64,000 nt of DNA from an uncultured Pseudomonadota bacterium (GCA_963795415.1 CAWCHQ010000003.1:600326-664325); one strand, 5' to 3'. Shown: positions 37,941 to 47,488, counted from the first letter of the stretch. Numbers and translations: made by a program. The notes: generated from the sequence alone by a model not told the origin.

Positions 37941-39026
37941 ATGCGCCTTCGTGGTTTGCTGATCGCCGCATCGGTCGCGGCCTTCCCCGTGCTGGCGGAG
38001 GCCCAACCGATCCAGGGTTTCTATGTCAGCGCCGGGGCGGGCTACGACCTGGCGCAGGTTTCGAAGGTGACGCCAGAGAGCCTCGGGTTTGGTGCGAGCC
38101 ATCTGCGCCTGCAGAAGCAGAACGGGTTCGCGGGTCTTGGCAGCATCGGCTACGCACTGGGCAACGGGTTCCGGTTCGAGGTCGAGGGTGATTTTCTTCG
38201 AAACGGGATCAACCAGCTTGGACGCACCCCGTTCCCGACGGCGGCGAGCGGACATGTGAATCGCTACGGCGTGATGGGGAACGCGCTGTTCGATATGGAC
38301 ATCGGCAACCGCTATATTTTCCCGTATCTGGGATTTGGCGCCGGCTACATGTGGACGAACCTGAACACCAGCTTCGTGCAGCCGGGCGGACCGTTCAGTT
38401 TCAGCACAAACAGCACACAGGCGCGCTTCGCGTGGCAGGGGATTCTCGGATCGTCATTTCCGATTCCCGGCATGCCTGGCCTGTCGCTGACGGCCGAATA
38501 CCGGTTCATGGACATTACCGCCGGCGGAAAATTCAGCGGCCCGGAGACAACGGCGACGGGCTCCAGCACGGGCACGATCAAGCTGGGCGCTCAGTTCGAT
38601 CATTTGTTTCTTGTCGGCGTGCGCTACGCCTTTCACGTGACGCCGCCGGCACCGGTCCAGCCGGCGGCGCCTGCCGCGGCACCGGCACCCGCACCGGCAC
38701 GCTCGTACCTTGTGTTCTTTGACTGGGACAAAGCGACGCTGACCGATCGGGCGCGCGCAATCATCCGCACGGCCGCGGAAAACTCCACACATGTGCAGTA
38801 CACGCGGATCGAGGTGAACGGCTATACGGACACGTCCGGGCCGGCGGGATACAACATGGGATTATCGATCCGGCGGGCGCAGGCGGTTGCGGCGGAGCTG
38901 GTACGCGACGGCGTGCCGCGCAACGAGATAGCCATCCGCGGATTTGGCGAGACACATTTGCTGGTTCCAACTGGGCCGAATGTGCGCGAAGCGCAGAACC
39001 GGCGGGTTGAGATCATCATTCAATAG
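37941..39026 (+). CDS. Porin-like beta-barrel + OmpA C-terminal domain outer membrane protein (intact paralog)
   Basis: Start at [21 protein letters not shown]. Pro/Ala linker, then an OmpA/MotB peptidoglycan-binding domain. Confidence 0.85.
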   Translation: MRLRGLLIAASVAAFPVLAEAQPIQGFYVSAGAGYDLAQVSKVTPESLGFGASHLRLQKQNGFAGLGSIGYALGNGFRFEVEGDFLRNGINQLGRTPFPTAASGHVNRYGVMGNALFDMDIGNRYIFPYLGFGAGYMWTNLNTSFVQPGGPFSFSTNSTQARFAWQGILGSSFPIPGMPGLSLTAEYRFMDITAGGKFSGPETTATGSSTGTIKLGAQFDHLFLVGVRYAFHVTPPAPVQPAAPAAAPAPAPARSYLVFFDWDKATLTDRARAIIRTAAENSTHVQYTRIEVNGYTDTSGPAGYNMGLSIRRAQAVAAELVRDGVPRNEIAIRGFGETHLLVPTGPNVREAQNRRVEIIIQ

Positions 39027-39145
39027 GTCGGGTACACGCGGGGCCAGGTTAACTTATCGGGTGGGCCCGGGGGGGTCGGGGGGCCCTTCTTGCCACAGGC
39101 GGAGAGAAGCGCGCAGGCGGCAAGGGCAAGAAAGAGCGGTTTCAA
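39020..39145 (-). CDS. Small lipoprotein (41 aa, TTG start)
   Basis: Tail of ORF 39020..40627: [29 protein letters not shown]..., with a lipobox and a Pro-rich mature part. Position next to argH is typical of alphaproteobacteria. Confidence 0.5.
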   Translation of the reverse strand: MKPLFLALAACALLSACGKKGPPTPPGPPDKLTWPRVYPTY

Positions 39146-39175
39146 TGCGAACCGCCTGATACTCGCTGCAGTAAA

Positions 39176-39203
39176 ATTTGACCCCTCCCGCAAGGGGAGG
39201 GGG
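39176..39203. repeat. REP family C copy
   Basis: TTTGACCCCTCCCGCAAGGGGAGGGGGAT, located between the argH 3' end and the small lipoprotein. Confidence 0.85.
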
Positions 39204-39219
39204 ATCTGCTCGGGTTGCA

Positions 39220-40627
39220 TCACAGAGCGGCCAGCCATTTTGCGGCTTCTCTGGCGACGTTTTCCGGCGCGGTGCCGCCGTAACTGCGCCGCGAGGCGAC
39301 TGAAGCCTCGACGGTGAGGACCGAGAACACGTCGCCGTTGATCGCAGGCTCGATGCGCTGCATATCGGCAAGGCTCAATCCTGCGAGGTCGGTTTCTTTT
39401 GATTTCAGCGAGAGCAACAAGTTGCCCCGTAACCTGATGCGCCTGGCGGAAGGGAAGCCTAAGTTTGCGCACGAGCCAGTCCGCGAGATCCGTCGCGGTG
39501 GCAAATCCCGCGCCCGCCAGCTCTCGCATGCGCGCGGTATCGGGGGTCATGTCACGGACCATTCCCGCCATAGCCGCCAGCGATAACGTCCAGGCGTCGG
39601 CCGCGTCGAACACCGGCTCCTTATCCTCCTGCATGTCCTTGGCGTAGGCCAGCGGCAGTCCCTTCATGACGGTCAGCAAGGCGACCAACGCGCCGGCGAT
39701 GCGGCCGGTCTTGGCGCGGACAAGCTCGGCGGCATCCGGGTTCCGCTTTTGCGGCATGATCGAACTGCCGGTGGTGAATGCATCGGACAGGTGAATAAAG
39801 CGCCAGGGCGCACTGCACCAGACGACGATTTCCTCGGCGAAGCGCGACAGGTGCATGGCGGAAATCGCGGCGGCGGAAAGAAACTCCAGAGCGAAATCAC
39901 GGTCGGACACCGCATCGAGCGAGTTGGCCGAGGGACGGTCGAAACCAAGTGCGGCGGCGGTTTCAAACCGGTCGATCGGAAAGGAGGTGCCGGCGAGGGC
40001 GGCGGCTCCCAACGGGCATTCGTTGAGCCGACGGCGGCAATCGACGAGCCGGCTGCGGTCGCGGTCCAGCATTTCGACATAAGCGAGCAGGTGGTGGCCG
40101 AAAGTGACGGGTTGGGCGGTCTGGAGATGCGTGAAGCCAGGCATGGGATCGGCAGTGTGGGCGGCCGCACGCTGGGCCAATGCGCGCATAAGATCGGTGA
40201 GCTGCACGGATACAGCGTCGATGGCGTCGCGCACCCACAGGCGAAAATCGCTCGCGACCTGGTCGTTGCGGCTTCGCGCGGTGTGCAGCCGTTTACCCGC
40301 CTCTCCGATCCGGTCCGTGAGCCGGGCTTCGATGTTCATGTGGATGTCTTCGAGCGCGGGGTCGAAAACGAAGCGTCCCGTCTCGATCTCGTGAGCCAGC
40401 GCCTCTAGACCGGCGCGGATCGCCTGCTCATCTTCGGCGCCGATGACACCGACCTTGGCGAGCATGGCGGCGTGGGCCAGCGATCCCCGAATGTCCTGGC
40501 GCCAAAGTCTTTTATCGAATGCGACGGACGCATTGATCTCCTGCATGACAATTGAGGGGCCGGCGGCGAAGCGGCCGCCCCATTGCGTATTGGCCGCCTC
40601 GTTCCGGCCGTCGGAATTGTTGCCCAA
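39220..40627 (-). pseudogene. argH: Argininosuccinate lyase, one frame break at the A-run 39397-39400
   Basis: Main ORF has [20 protein letters not shown] and [12 protein letters not shown]. The true C-terminus ([32 protein letters not shown]) lies in ORF 39220..39504. One fewer A joins AEIK-ETDLAG. TTG start. Confidence 0.9.
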
Positions 40628-40642
40628 AGAAAGGATCCTGCC

Positions 40643-41191
40643 ATGACGACTTTGATTTCGCGCCGGGCGGCGCTGGCGGGCGGGACCGTAGCGGCGGCGC
40701 TGGTCGCGCGCAAATCAGCCGCGACCGAGCTGGGTGACCTTTCGGACCTGAAGCTCGTTCAGCCGCCAACGCCGGCGCCGATCGTCGTTTTCCAGGATGC
40801 CGACGGCAACCCGCATAAGCTGACCGACTATGTGGGCTTCGGGCTGGTGATCAATCTATGGGCGACGTGGTGCGCGCCGTGCACCGCCGAGTTGCCGTCG
40901 CTGGACAAGCTCGCAGGCAAGATGACCGACAAGCGAATCAAGGTGCTGGCGATTTCGTCCGATCATGGTGGAGCGACGGTGGTGCAGGCGTTCTACAAGC
41001 AGCACGACATCAAGAACCTGCAGGTGCTGGTGGATCCGAATGGCGAGGCGGTGCACGCCTTCAACGCGCGCGGGATCCCCACGACGTTCATCATCGACCG
41101 TCGGGGGATGGAGCGCGCGTATGCCGAGGGGAGCGAGAACTGGGCGACGGAGGCCGCGGCGAAGCGGGTGGAGGAGCTGGTCGCGCTGTAG
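40643..41191 (+). CDS. tlpA: TlpA-family periplasmic thiol:disulfide oxidoreductase
   Basis: Start at [22 protein letters not shown] motif. Divergent from argH. Confidence 0.85.
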   Translation: MTTLISRRAALAGGTVAAALVARKSAATELGDLSDLKLVQPPTPAPIVVFQDADGNPHKLTDYVGFGLVINLWATWCAPCTAELPSLDKLAGKMTDKRIKVLAISSDHGGATVVQAFYKQHDIKNLQVLVDPNGEAVHAFNARGIPTTFIIDRRGMERAYAEGSENWATEAAAKRVEELVAL

Positions 41192-41218
41192 GCGCGAGTG
41201 CCGGACTCGAGCGTGCTC

Positions 41219-41298
41219 GTATACCCAACGTCCTTCGGAAGTTGCGTGAGTTTTTGGTTTGCGCGCGGCCGCCCTACCACCGGGGGTTCCCAACGCGC
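41219..41298 (-). repeat. REP family A copy
   Basis: GTATACCCAACGTCCTTCGGAAGTTGCGTGAGTTTTTGGTTTGCGCGCGGCCGCCCTACCACCGGGGG is the reverse complement of the 9927-9999 element. Confidence 0.85.
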
Positions 41299-41299
41299 A

Positions 41300-41620
41300 A
41301 GTGCGCTGGGTGCCCGACTGCGCGGCCGTTTGACGATGGCGAACAGGTCGAAGGTAGTTCGCACCAACCGGTCGATGCGTGTGACCGTCACCACGTCGCG
41401 CCGGGCCAAGTCGGCAAGCATCGGGAAGGAGCTGCCGTCGGCCGGTCTTCGTGCCCGTCACCCTCTCCTGGAAGATCGGCTTGCAGCCATTCGCACGCGG
41501 CCGCTCCACCAACCCCGCGCGCCATACCAGCTGCCCGAAGCGTTGGAAGAGTCAACGCTTCGGGCAGCTGGTATCAGCCGAGATTCGGGCAGTTGGGCCA
41601 CGCACAACCCCTTCGTGCGC
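41300..41620 (-). pseudogene. Serine recombinase (resolvase) remnant, frameshifted and carrying an inserted REP-A half
   Basis: CKPIFQERVTGTKTGRRQLL and DVVTVTRIDRLVRTTFDLFAIVK on the minus strand parallel residues 34-87 of the resolvase at 43830. Confidence 0.65.
41524..41574. repeat. Perfect 22-bp-stem hairpin (ATACCAGCTGCCCGAAGCGTTG - 7 nt - CAACGCTTCGGGCAGCTGGTAT)
   Basis: Read directly. One arm encodes the resolvase TLRAAG segment, so the other arm is an inverted duplication of it. Confidence 0.85.
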
Positions 41621-41799
41621 TCGATCCGAAGATGACTGTCCGCGGCGGTGCGCCAAAGCGGAAACCGACGGCTCCGGAATGTGCCCGGGAAACGAGATCT
41701 CTGATTAGCTAGGATCGATTCCAGATCAGGGCCGCCACGGATTCCGAGCACTCCGGGCCAATTCTGTCAGCTAAGCGAGGATAGCGTCTGGCGAGTTCG

Positions 41800-42384
41800 T
41801 CAGTTGAAAGTACCTTCGGGGACACGGGTGCGGCGGACGCAAATGGCACCGTCGGGCCTCCAAGCGGCCTCAAAGCTCAGGTGATTCGAATCAAGCTGTG
41901 GCCGCTGAATGCCTAACCGATCGAATATGTCTATCTGCGTTCCGTTCCGCGTATGGCCAATCCCATCCCCGCCGTAATCAGCCCGCACAGTGCGGACGCA
42001 GGTCTGATGGTAGTCCCACAATGACTCTCCGTTGATTTCGCGCCAGGGCTTGTAGCCGAAGCGGACGCATTTGCCTGCGGCGCCGGAGGTGCAGGTGACA
42101 GTGAAGCTGGATGGATCACGAACATGGCGGCCGTCTTTCGTCCAACTCCCCGCCAATGGGAAGCCCGCCGCTGTCCCATCGGGGGCAGCGGCGCAGAGTC
42201 CCTTCCGATGGCCCGTTTCTGGGTCCGTTATTGAAAAGCTGTGAAGCCAAACGTCGCCGTCAGCGTCAATGGGATCGCGAACAACATCATCGATACGGAC
42301 GGTCGCGGTCTGCCCCGTCTCATCGGCCACTTCGAGCACAACGCCGCGGAGGTCCGGGGAAGTCAGAACACGGCCGTCAGGCAT
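41800..42384 (-). CDS. Hypothetical protein resembling the ADYC-domain family; N-terminus probably cut off by IS3
   Basis: 194 aa with no signal peptide. CVRTVRADYGGDGIGHTRNGTQIDIFD motif. The frame stays open upstream of the ATG into the IS3 inverted repeat. Confidence 0.4.
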   Translation of the reverse strand: MPDGRVLTSPDLRGVVLEVADETGQTATVRIDDVVRDPIDADGDVWLHSFSITDPETGHRKGLCAAAPDGTAAGFPLAGSWTKDGRHVRDPSSFTVTCTSGAAGKCVRFGYKPWREINGESLWDYHQTCVRTVRADYGGDGIGHTRNGTQIDIFDRLGIQRPQLDSNHLSFEAAWRPDGAICVRRTRVPEGTFN

Positions 42385-42489
42385 TGTGACAACGAATAGC
42401 GTGCCTACGACTGAGGTGGACCCCGAAATCTGGACAGGTGGCTAAGAGAGACTCTCGCCCCTGGAACGGCCGCGGGCCGGGGGTGACAG

Positions 42490-42782
42490 ATGGCGCATAT
42501 TCGCGAGAAGCACAGCGTTGATTTCAAGGCGAAGGTGGCCTTGGCGGCGGTGCGCGAGGACGGCACCGTGGCGGAGCTATCAAGCCGATATGGGGTGCAT
42601 GCGAGCCAGATCCATGCGTGGAAGAAGACGCTGGTCGAGGGGGTTGGTTCGCTGTTCGCCCGGGGAAGGCAGGAACGTCGGAGGGCGCCGTGGCGGACGA
42701 GGCGCAACTGGCCAAGCTGTATGAGAAGATTGGCGAGCTGACGGTCGAGCGCGATTTTTTTCGCAAAAGGTCTGGGCCATGA
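42490..42782 (+). pseudogene. IS3 OrfA (HTH), frame break in the G-run 42662-42665
   Basis: MAHIREKHSVDFKAKVALAAVREDGTVAELSSRYGVHASQIHAWKKTLVEG continues in another frame as KAGTSEGAVADEAQLAKLYEKIGELTVERDFFRKRSGP*. T7 run at 42755-42761 is a candidate -1 slippery site into orfB. Confidence 0.75.
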
Positions 42783-43738
42783 ACCAGATAACGCGGCTGT
42801 CGCTGGTCGACAGGTCCGACGCGGACCTGTCGATCGTGGCGCAGTGCCGGCTGCTGCAGGTTGCGCGCTCGACGCTGTATGACCGGGCTGCGCCGGTGAG
42901 TGCCGATGATCTGCGACTGATGCGGTGTCTGGACGAACAGTATCTGGCGACACCGTTCTACGGATCGCGTCGCATGGTGGCGGTACTGCGCCGGTCCGGC
43001 GAAGTGGTGAACCGCAAGCGGGTGCGCCGATTGATGCGTCTGATGGGGCTTGAGGCGATTTACCAGAAGCCGAACACCAGCCGGCGTCACCCGGAACACA
43101 AGGTGTATCCTTACCTTTTGCGAGATCTCCTGATCGATCGACCCAACCAGGTGTGGTGCGCGGACATCACGTACATCCCGCTGGCGAAGGGTTTTGTGTA
43201 TCTGGTTGCTGTGATGGACTGGTTCAGTCGGCGTGTTCTGGCATGGCGTTTATCGATCGGGCTGGACATGGCATTCTGTGTCGAGGCTTTGCAGGATGCG
43301 ATGGATCGATACGGGCAGCCGGGCATATTCAACACCGATCAGGGTGTGCAGTTCACCAGCGGGGATTTCATTGACGAACTGGCGGCCCGCGGGGTGCGGA
43401 TCAGCATGGACGGCAAAGGGCGATTTTTGGACAACATCTTCATCGAGCGCCTGTGGCGCAGCCTGAAATATGAGGAGGTGTTCATCAAGGCGTACGCCTC
43501 GGTTGGTGCGGCACGTGGCGGTATCGGCAGGTGGCTGGCCTTTTACAACGAAGTGCGTTTGCACCAAGCGCTCGGTTATCGAACGCCGCGCGAAATGTTC
43601 GAGGCCGCGCCGACCTGTGGATATGTGGACAACGCCAGCGCGTTGACCACATCCCCACAGGCACCACAACAGCAACAAAAGGGGTCAATCGACGATCAGA
43701 ACGTGCTATGCAGCTTCGCTTCCCCCTCGCACGGGTAG
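42779..43738 (+). CDS. IS3 OrfB (DDE integrase-type transposase)
   Basis: 319 aa with NQVWCADITYIPL, FNTDQGVQFTS and FIERLWRSLKYEEV. Confidence 0.9.
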   Translation: MNQITRLSLVDRSDADLSIVAQCRLLQVARSTLYDRAAPVSADDLRLMRCLDEQYLATPFYGSRRMVAVLRRSGEVVNRKRVRRLMRLMGLEAIYQKPNTSRRHPEHKVYPYLLRDLLIDRPNQVWCADITYIPLAKGFVYLVAVMDWFSRRVLAWRLSIGLDMAFCVEALQDAMDRYGQPGIFNTDQGVQFTSGDFIDELAARGVRISMDGKGRFLDNIFIERLWRSLKYEEVFIKAYASVGAARGGIGRWLAFYNEVRLHQALGYRTPREMFEAAPTCGYVDNASALTTSPQAPQQQQKGSIDDQNVLCSFASPSHG

Positions 43739-43829
43739 CGGGATTCGTAACCGGCGGGATCTCTCTTAGCTCAACCCGTTTCCTGTCCAATGGATGGGGT
43801 CCACCTCAAGGTTAGACTTCCCATAACAT

Positions 43830-44397
43830 ATGACCGAAAATAAATCCCAAAACCGACCCCTCGGCTATGCCCGCGTCAGCACCTGTGGGCAGACCCTTGA
43901 CGCGCAGCTTGAGCAGCTACGCAAGGCCGGATGCACGAAGATTTACCGCGAGAAGATAACGGGCGCGCGGCCCGACCGGCGGGAACTGCTGAAGATGCTG
44001 AAGGCCCTCGCCCCCGGTGACGCGGTGACAGTGACGCGCATCGACCGTTTGGCGCGTTCGACCTTCGACCTGTTCGCCATCGTCAAGCAGATCGTGGACG
44101 CCAAGGCGCAATTCCGGTCACTGGCGGAGCCGTGGGCCGACACAGCCACCAGCACCGGGCGGCTGATGATTGCCGTTCTCGGTGGGCTGGCGGACGTGCA
44201 ACGCGACCTGATCCGCACCCGCACGGCAGGCGGCCGCGAGCGGGCGAAGGCGCGCGGGCAGCATGGGCCGACTGCCGAAGCTTACGCCCCAGCAATAGAG
44301 AGAAGCACGGCGGCGGCGCGCGCAAGGCGAAACGCTCAAGGAACTGGCGAAAAGCTACAACGTCAGCAAATCGACGATTTCGCGGCTTGGGGTGTGA
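43830..44397 (+). pseudogene. Serine recombinase (resolvase/invertase) with a frame break at GGG 44265-67 and an in-frame TAG at 44296-98
   Basis: LGYARVSTCGQTLDAQLEQLRKAGCTKIY..VTVTRIDRLARSTFDLFAIV..GRLMIAVLGGLADVQRDLIRTRT. The HTH tail GRLPKLTPQQ*REARRRRAQGETLKELAKSYNVSKSTISRLGV* lies in another frame. Confidence 0.8.
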
Positions 44398-44975
44398 TGA
44401 TAGACCGATCAACGATAATCGCTCTCTTGGGCGTCTTTATATCGGTCCTCTCTTTTACGGTTTCCGGTGCTGCTCTTTGGTTTACTTGGCTCCGGCGCGG
44501 ACGGCTTTCTATGACGAAGCCAACCGTGATCTTCTTCGGCTATGACATGGAGCCTCGACTTACCCCGAAGATATTTCTGCGCACGCTTCTTTACAGCACT
44601 TCGGCAAGAGGGCAGGTCATTGAGAATATGTATGTCAAGCTCTGTCGAGACGGTTCCGAGCAGGTTTTCAGTTTCTGGGGATACGGCGAAACTCGCAATC
44701 TCACGCCGGGCAGCGGTCTTTTTGTCGGGCAGACAGGAGTTGCATTCAACCATCACTTTGCCCTGTCCATGCGTCACCAAGGTTACCAGTTTGCAGCGGG
44801 CCTTTATTCCATAATCGTGTTGGCCCGCGTGGTCGGCAGGTCGGCACCGATCAGGCTCAACGAAATCTCACTCACCCTGTCAGAGGCTAATGCCGGTGTC
44901 CTTGCTGGAAACGAGGGCGTCTTGTTCGAGCTAGCGCCGGACACTGGGGGCTATAGCGGGCATCCACGCGAGTAA
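44397..44975 (+). CDS. Orphan membrane-anchored protein, unknown function, low GC
   Basis: Part of ORF 43830..44975, but with its own ATG overlapping the resolvase stop (TGATG). One TM helix (IIALLGVFISVLSFTVSGAALWF) plus about 160 aa with no recognisable motif. GC visibly lower (first 63 nt about 44%). Confidence 0.55.
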   Translation: MIDRSTIIALLGVFISVLSFTVSGAALWFTWLRRGRLSMTKPTVIFFGYDMEPRLTPKIFLRTLLYSTSARGQVIENMYVKLCRDGSEQVFSFWGYGETRNLTPGSGLFVGQTGVAFNHHFALSMRHQGYQFAAGLYSIIVLARVVGRSAPIRLNEISLTLSEANAGVLAGNEGVLFELAPDTGGYSGHPRE

Positions 44976-45211
44976 AGAGCCGGCGCCACTCTCCACAAAC
45001 CACCTTCGGCAACTCCGCTGCCCTCTTAAAGGGGCAGGTCGGCGGAACCACCACGTAGCGAGAGTACTGGGCCACGCGACCCTCAGCGGCAACCGGGCAG
45101 GTGCGGGTTCAGAACCCAAGGCTGAAGGACACCGAATCCTGCTCCCCAAGTCCCGCCAACCCCCTAAACTCCCGCTTTCCCAGTTAGCGTAACTAACGCT
45201 ATACCTCCAAA

Positions 45212-45955
45212 ATGTCCCCCGACCAAGACCCCGCCTACACCCTCCCCGCCGACGCCTACTACCACCTCGTCCGCGCTCTCCGCCTTACCCTCCCGCCGCC
45301 CCCCTCCAACGCGCCGGACGCTCTCGCCCGCCGCGACAGGGCCGCCATCGCCCAGATCGCCGCCCTCCAGCCCGCCAGCACCGCGGAAGCCGAGCTCGCC
45401 GGCCAGTTCGTCGCCGCCTCGGAACAATGGAAGGACTGTCTCCGCCTCGCCCAGAACCCGGAAACCCCGCCCGATCTCGCCATGAAATGCCGCGCACAGG
45501 CCGCCTCCATGATGCGCCAGGCCAACAGCGCCATGCGGGTGCTCCTCCGCCTCCAGGCCGCCCGCTGGAAAACCGAAGCCAATCCCGAAACCTGCAACCG
45601 CGCCGACCGGGCGGAGCGCTTCACCGCCCTCATGCTCGCCGAAGCCCTCGCCGAGCCAGCCGTCCCGCCCAACGAGGAGTCTCGCGAAACGGAAATCGAG
45701 ACGCCGGTGAGACTCCCGGTCAGGCTCCCAGCCGCGCCCCGCGGCGCCCGCCTGCGCGCGGCCAGCCACGCCAGACCCGACAGAGACGCCCTTCTGAACA
45801 CAAGCTGTCTCGGCGCAAGAAGCCCCGGCCTGATGCCGGTCGGCGCGTGCGCCGACCGGCATGCGCGCGGGGTTGGTGGGGCGGCCGCGCGCGAAAATAT
45901 AAGCGCGCCGCCCCCGCAACGCCCGCCGCCCGAGCCTCAGCCCGTCCCGGCCTGA
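45212..45955 (+). CDS. Hypothetical protein (Ala/Pro-rich), true 3' end uncertain
   Basis: 247-aa ORF with strong C-ending codon bias. The 3' part runs through hairpin GCCGGTCGGCGC-GT-GCGCCGACCGGC and a REP-A half copy, so the real stop may lie earlier. Confidence 0.45.
   Translation: MSPDQDPAYTLPADAYYHLVRALRLTLPPPPSNAPDALARRDRAAIAQIAALQPASTAEAELAGQFVAASEQWKDCLRLAQNPETPPDLAMKCRAQAASMMRQANSAMRVLLRLQAARWKTEANPETCNRADRAERFTALMLAEALAEPAVPPNEESRETEIETPVRLPVRLPAAPRGARLRAASHARPDRDALLNTSCLGARSPGLMPVGACADRHARGVGGAAARENISAPPPQRPPPEPQPVPA
45863..45895 (+). repeat. REP family A half copy
   Basis: GCGCGCGGGGTTGGTGGGGCGGCCGCGCGCGAA matches the first half of the 9927-9999 element. Confidence 0.7.
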
Positions 45956-46018
45956 CGCAACCCTGGCGAAGCGCTTACGTCGCTTGACGCCCGGAACAGG
46001 ACAGCCCTCACATACCCT

Positions 46019-47470
46019 ATGCTACGCTGCGACCTCATCCTCCGCGACGCCACCGTCTTCGACGGAACCGCTAAGCCGCGTTTCCGCGCCGATATCGGCG
46101 TTACCGGCGACCGGATCTCCGCAATCGGCGATCTGGGCGGTGCCGGCGCGGACCGCGAAATAGTCGCCACCGGCAAGGCCGTCGCCCCCGGCTTCATCGA
46201 TGCCCACACGCATGACGATCGTGCGGTGCTCTGCGGGCCGGAATGCATGCTGTGCAAAATGTCGCAGGGCGTCACCACGGTCGTGGTCGGCAATTGCGGC
46301 ATCAGCCTCTCGCCCGTGCGGATGCGCTCGCGGCCCATTCCGCCGCTCGATCTGCTCGGCGACGAAAGCTGGTGGACGTTCGGCAGTTTCGGCGAATACG
46401 CGGAACGGCTGAGGCGTGATCCGTCGCCGGTCAATACGGTGGCGCTGATCGGGCACATGTCGCTGCGGGTCGAGGCGATGAACGGAGACACCCAGCGCGC
46501 CGCGGCCGACAAGGAAGCCGAGCATATGCGCCGGCGTCTGGCGGAAGCCTTGAAGGAGGGCGCTTCGGGATTCTCCACGGGGCTTTATTATCCGCCCAAC
46601 ACGAAAGCACCGACCGACGAGGTGATCGCGGTGGCGCAGGCGCTGCGCGAGACGGGCGGCCTGTATGTCACGCACATGCGTGACGAGGCGGACCACGTGA
46701 TCGAGTCGATCGAGGAGACGCTGAAGATCGGCCGGGACAGCAATTCGCCGGTGGTGATCAGCCACCACAAATGCGCCATGCCGGAGAATTACGGCCGCTC
46801 GACCGAAACGCTGCCGCGCATCGAGGCGGCGGCAAAGCGCCAGTCGGTTGCATTTGATGTGTATCCCTATGCAGCCGGATCGACGGTGCTGATGCCCTCG
46901 CGGTTGCGGCCGGATGTGCCGGTGCAGATCACCTGGTCAGTGCCGCATCCGGAAATGGCCGGCCGGATGCTGGACGACGTCGCCAGGGAGTGGGGCGCCA
47001 CCGCACCGGAGGCGGCGGAGAAGCTGCTGCCGGCCGGTGCGATCTTCTTTCAGATGCAAGAGGCGGATGTGCGCCGGATCATGTCGCACGAGATGGCGAT
47101 GATCGGCAGCGACGGGCTGCCGCACGATGCATACCCGCATCCACGGCTGTGGGGCACGTTCCCACGGGTGCTCGGTCACTATTCCCGCGAACTCGGCCTG
47201 TTCAGCATGGAGCAGGCGGTGCGGAAAATGACCGGGAGGACGGCAGAGGTGTTTGGGCTGAAGGACCGCGGTGTGATCCGCCGGGGGGCTTATGCCGACC
47301 TGGTGCTGTTCGATCCGGGCACGGTGCGGGATGCGGCGAGCTTCGAGGCGCCGACAAGGCCGGCAGTGGGCATCGAGGAAGTGTGGGTCAACGGTCAGTC
47401 GACCTTCGTCCGCAGTGCGGGGACGACGGCCGCCAGAGCGGGGCGGCTGGTGACACGCGAGCGGGAATAG
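46019..47470 (+). CDS. N-acyl-D-amino-acid deacylase (D-aminoacylase) family amidohydrolase
   Basis: 483 aa with PGFIDAHTHDD, GVTTVVVGNCG, LYVTHMRDE and ISHHK. Confidence 0.85.
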   Translation: MLRCDLILRDATVFDGTAKPRFRADIGVTGDRISAIGDLGGAGADREIVATGKAVAPGFIDAHTHDDRAVLCGPECMLCKMSQGVTTVVVGNCGISLSPVRMRSRPIPPLDLLGDESWWTFGSFGEYAERLRRDPSPVNTVALIGHMSLRVEAMNGDTQRAAADKEAEHMRRRLAEALKEGASGFSTGLYYPPNTKAPTDEVIAVAQALRETGGLYVTHMRDEADHVIESIEETLKIGRDSNSPVVISHHKCAMPENYGRSTETLPRIEAAAKRQSVAFDVYPYAAGSTVLMPSRLRPDVPVQITWSVPHPEMAGRMLDDVAREWGATAPEAAEKLLPAGAIFFQMQEADVRRIMSHEMAMIGSDGLPHDAYPHPRLWGTFPRVLGHYSRELGLFSMEQAVRKMTGRTAEVFGLKDRGVIRRGAYADLVLFDPGTVRDAASFEAPTRPAVGIEEVWVNGQSTFVRSAGTTAARAGRLVTRERE

Positions 47471-47488
47471 CGGGTTGGCATCCGCCTC

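Larger units (their letters stand above)
42412..43808 (+). mobile_element. IS3-family insertion sequence (1397 bp)
   Basis: Inverted repeats TGAGGTGGACCCCGAAATCTGGACAGG..CTAAGAGAGA (42412) and TCTCTCTTAGC..CCTGTCCAATGGATGGGGTCCACCTCA (43808). orfA/orfB organisation. No flanking direct repeat. Confidence 0.9.

Noticed and set aside
13292-44298. Five premature in-frame TAG codons (three in the IS256 transposase, one in the 20414 gene, one in the resolvase) and no premature TGA; could TAG be recoded?
   Set aside because: TAG clearly terminates intact genes here (ccmF at 6459-61, tlpA at 41189-91, selA at 36250-52). The affected genes also carry frameshifts. Ordinary nonsense decay of mobile genes is the simpler reading.
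45000-45200. tRNA or tRNA-fragment att site between the orphan gene and the 45212 ORF
   Set aside because: CCGAATCCTGCTCCCCA superficially resembles a T-arm/acceptor end, but there is no GGTTCG, no matching 5' stem and no cloverleaf.
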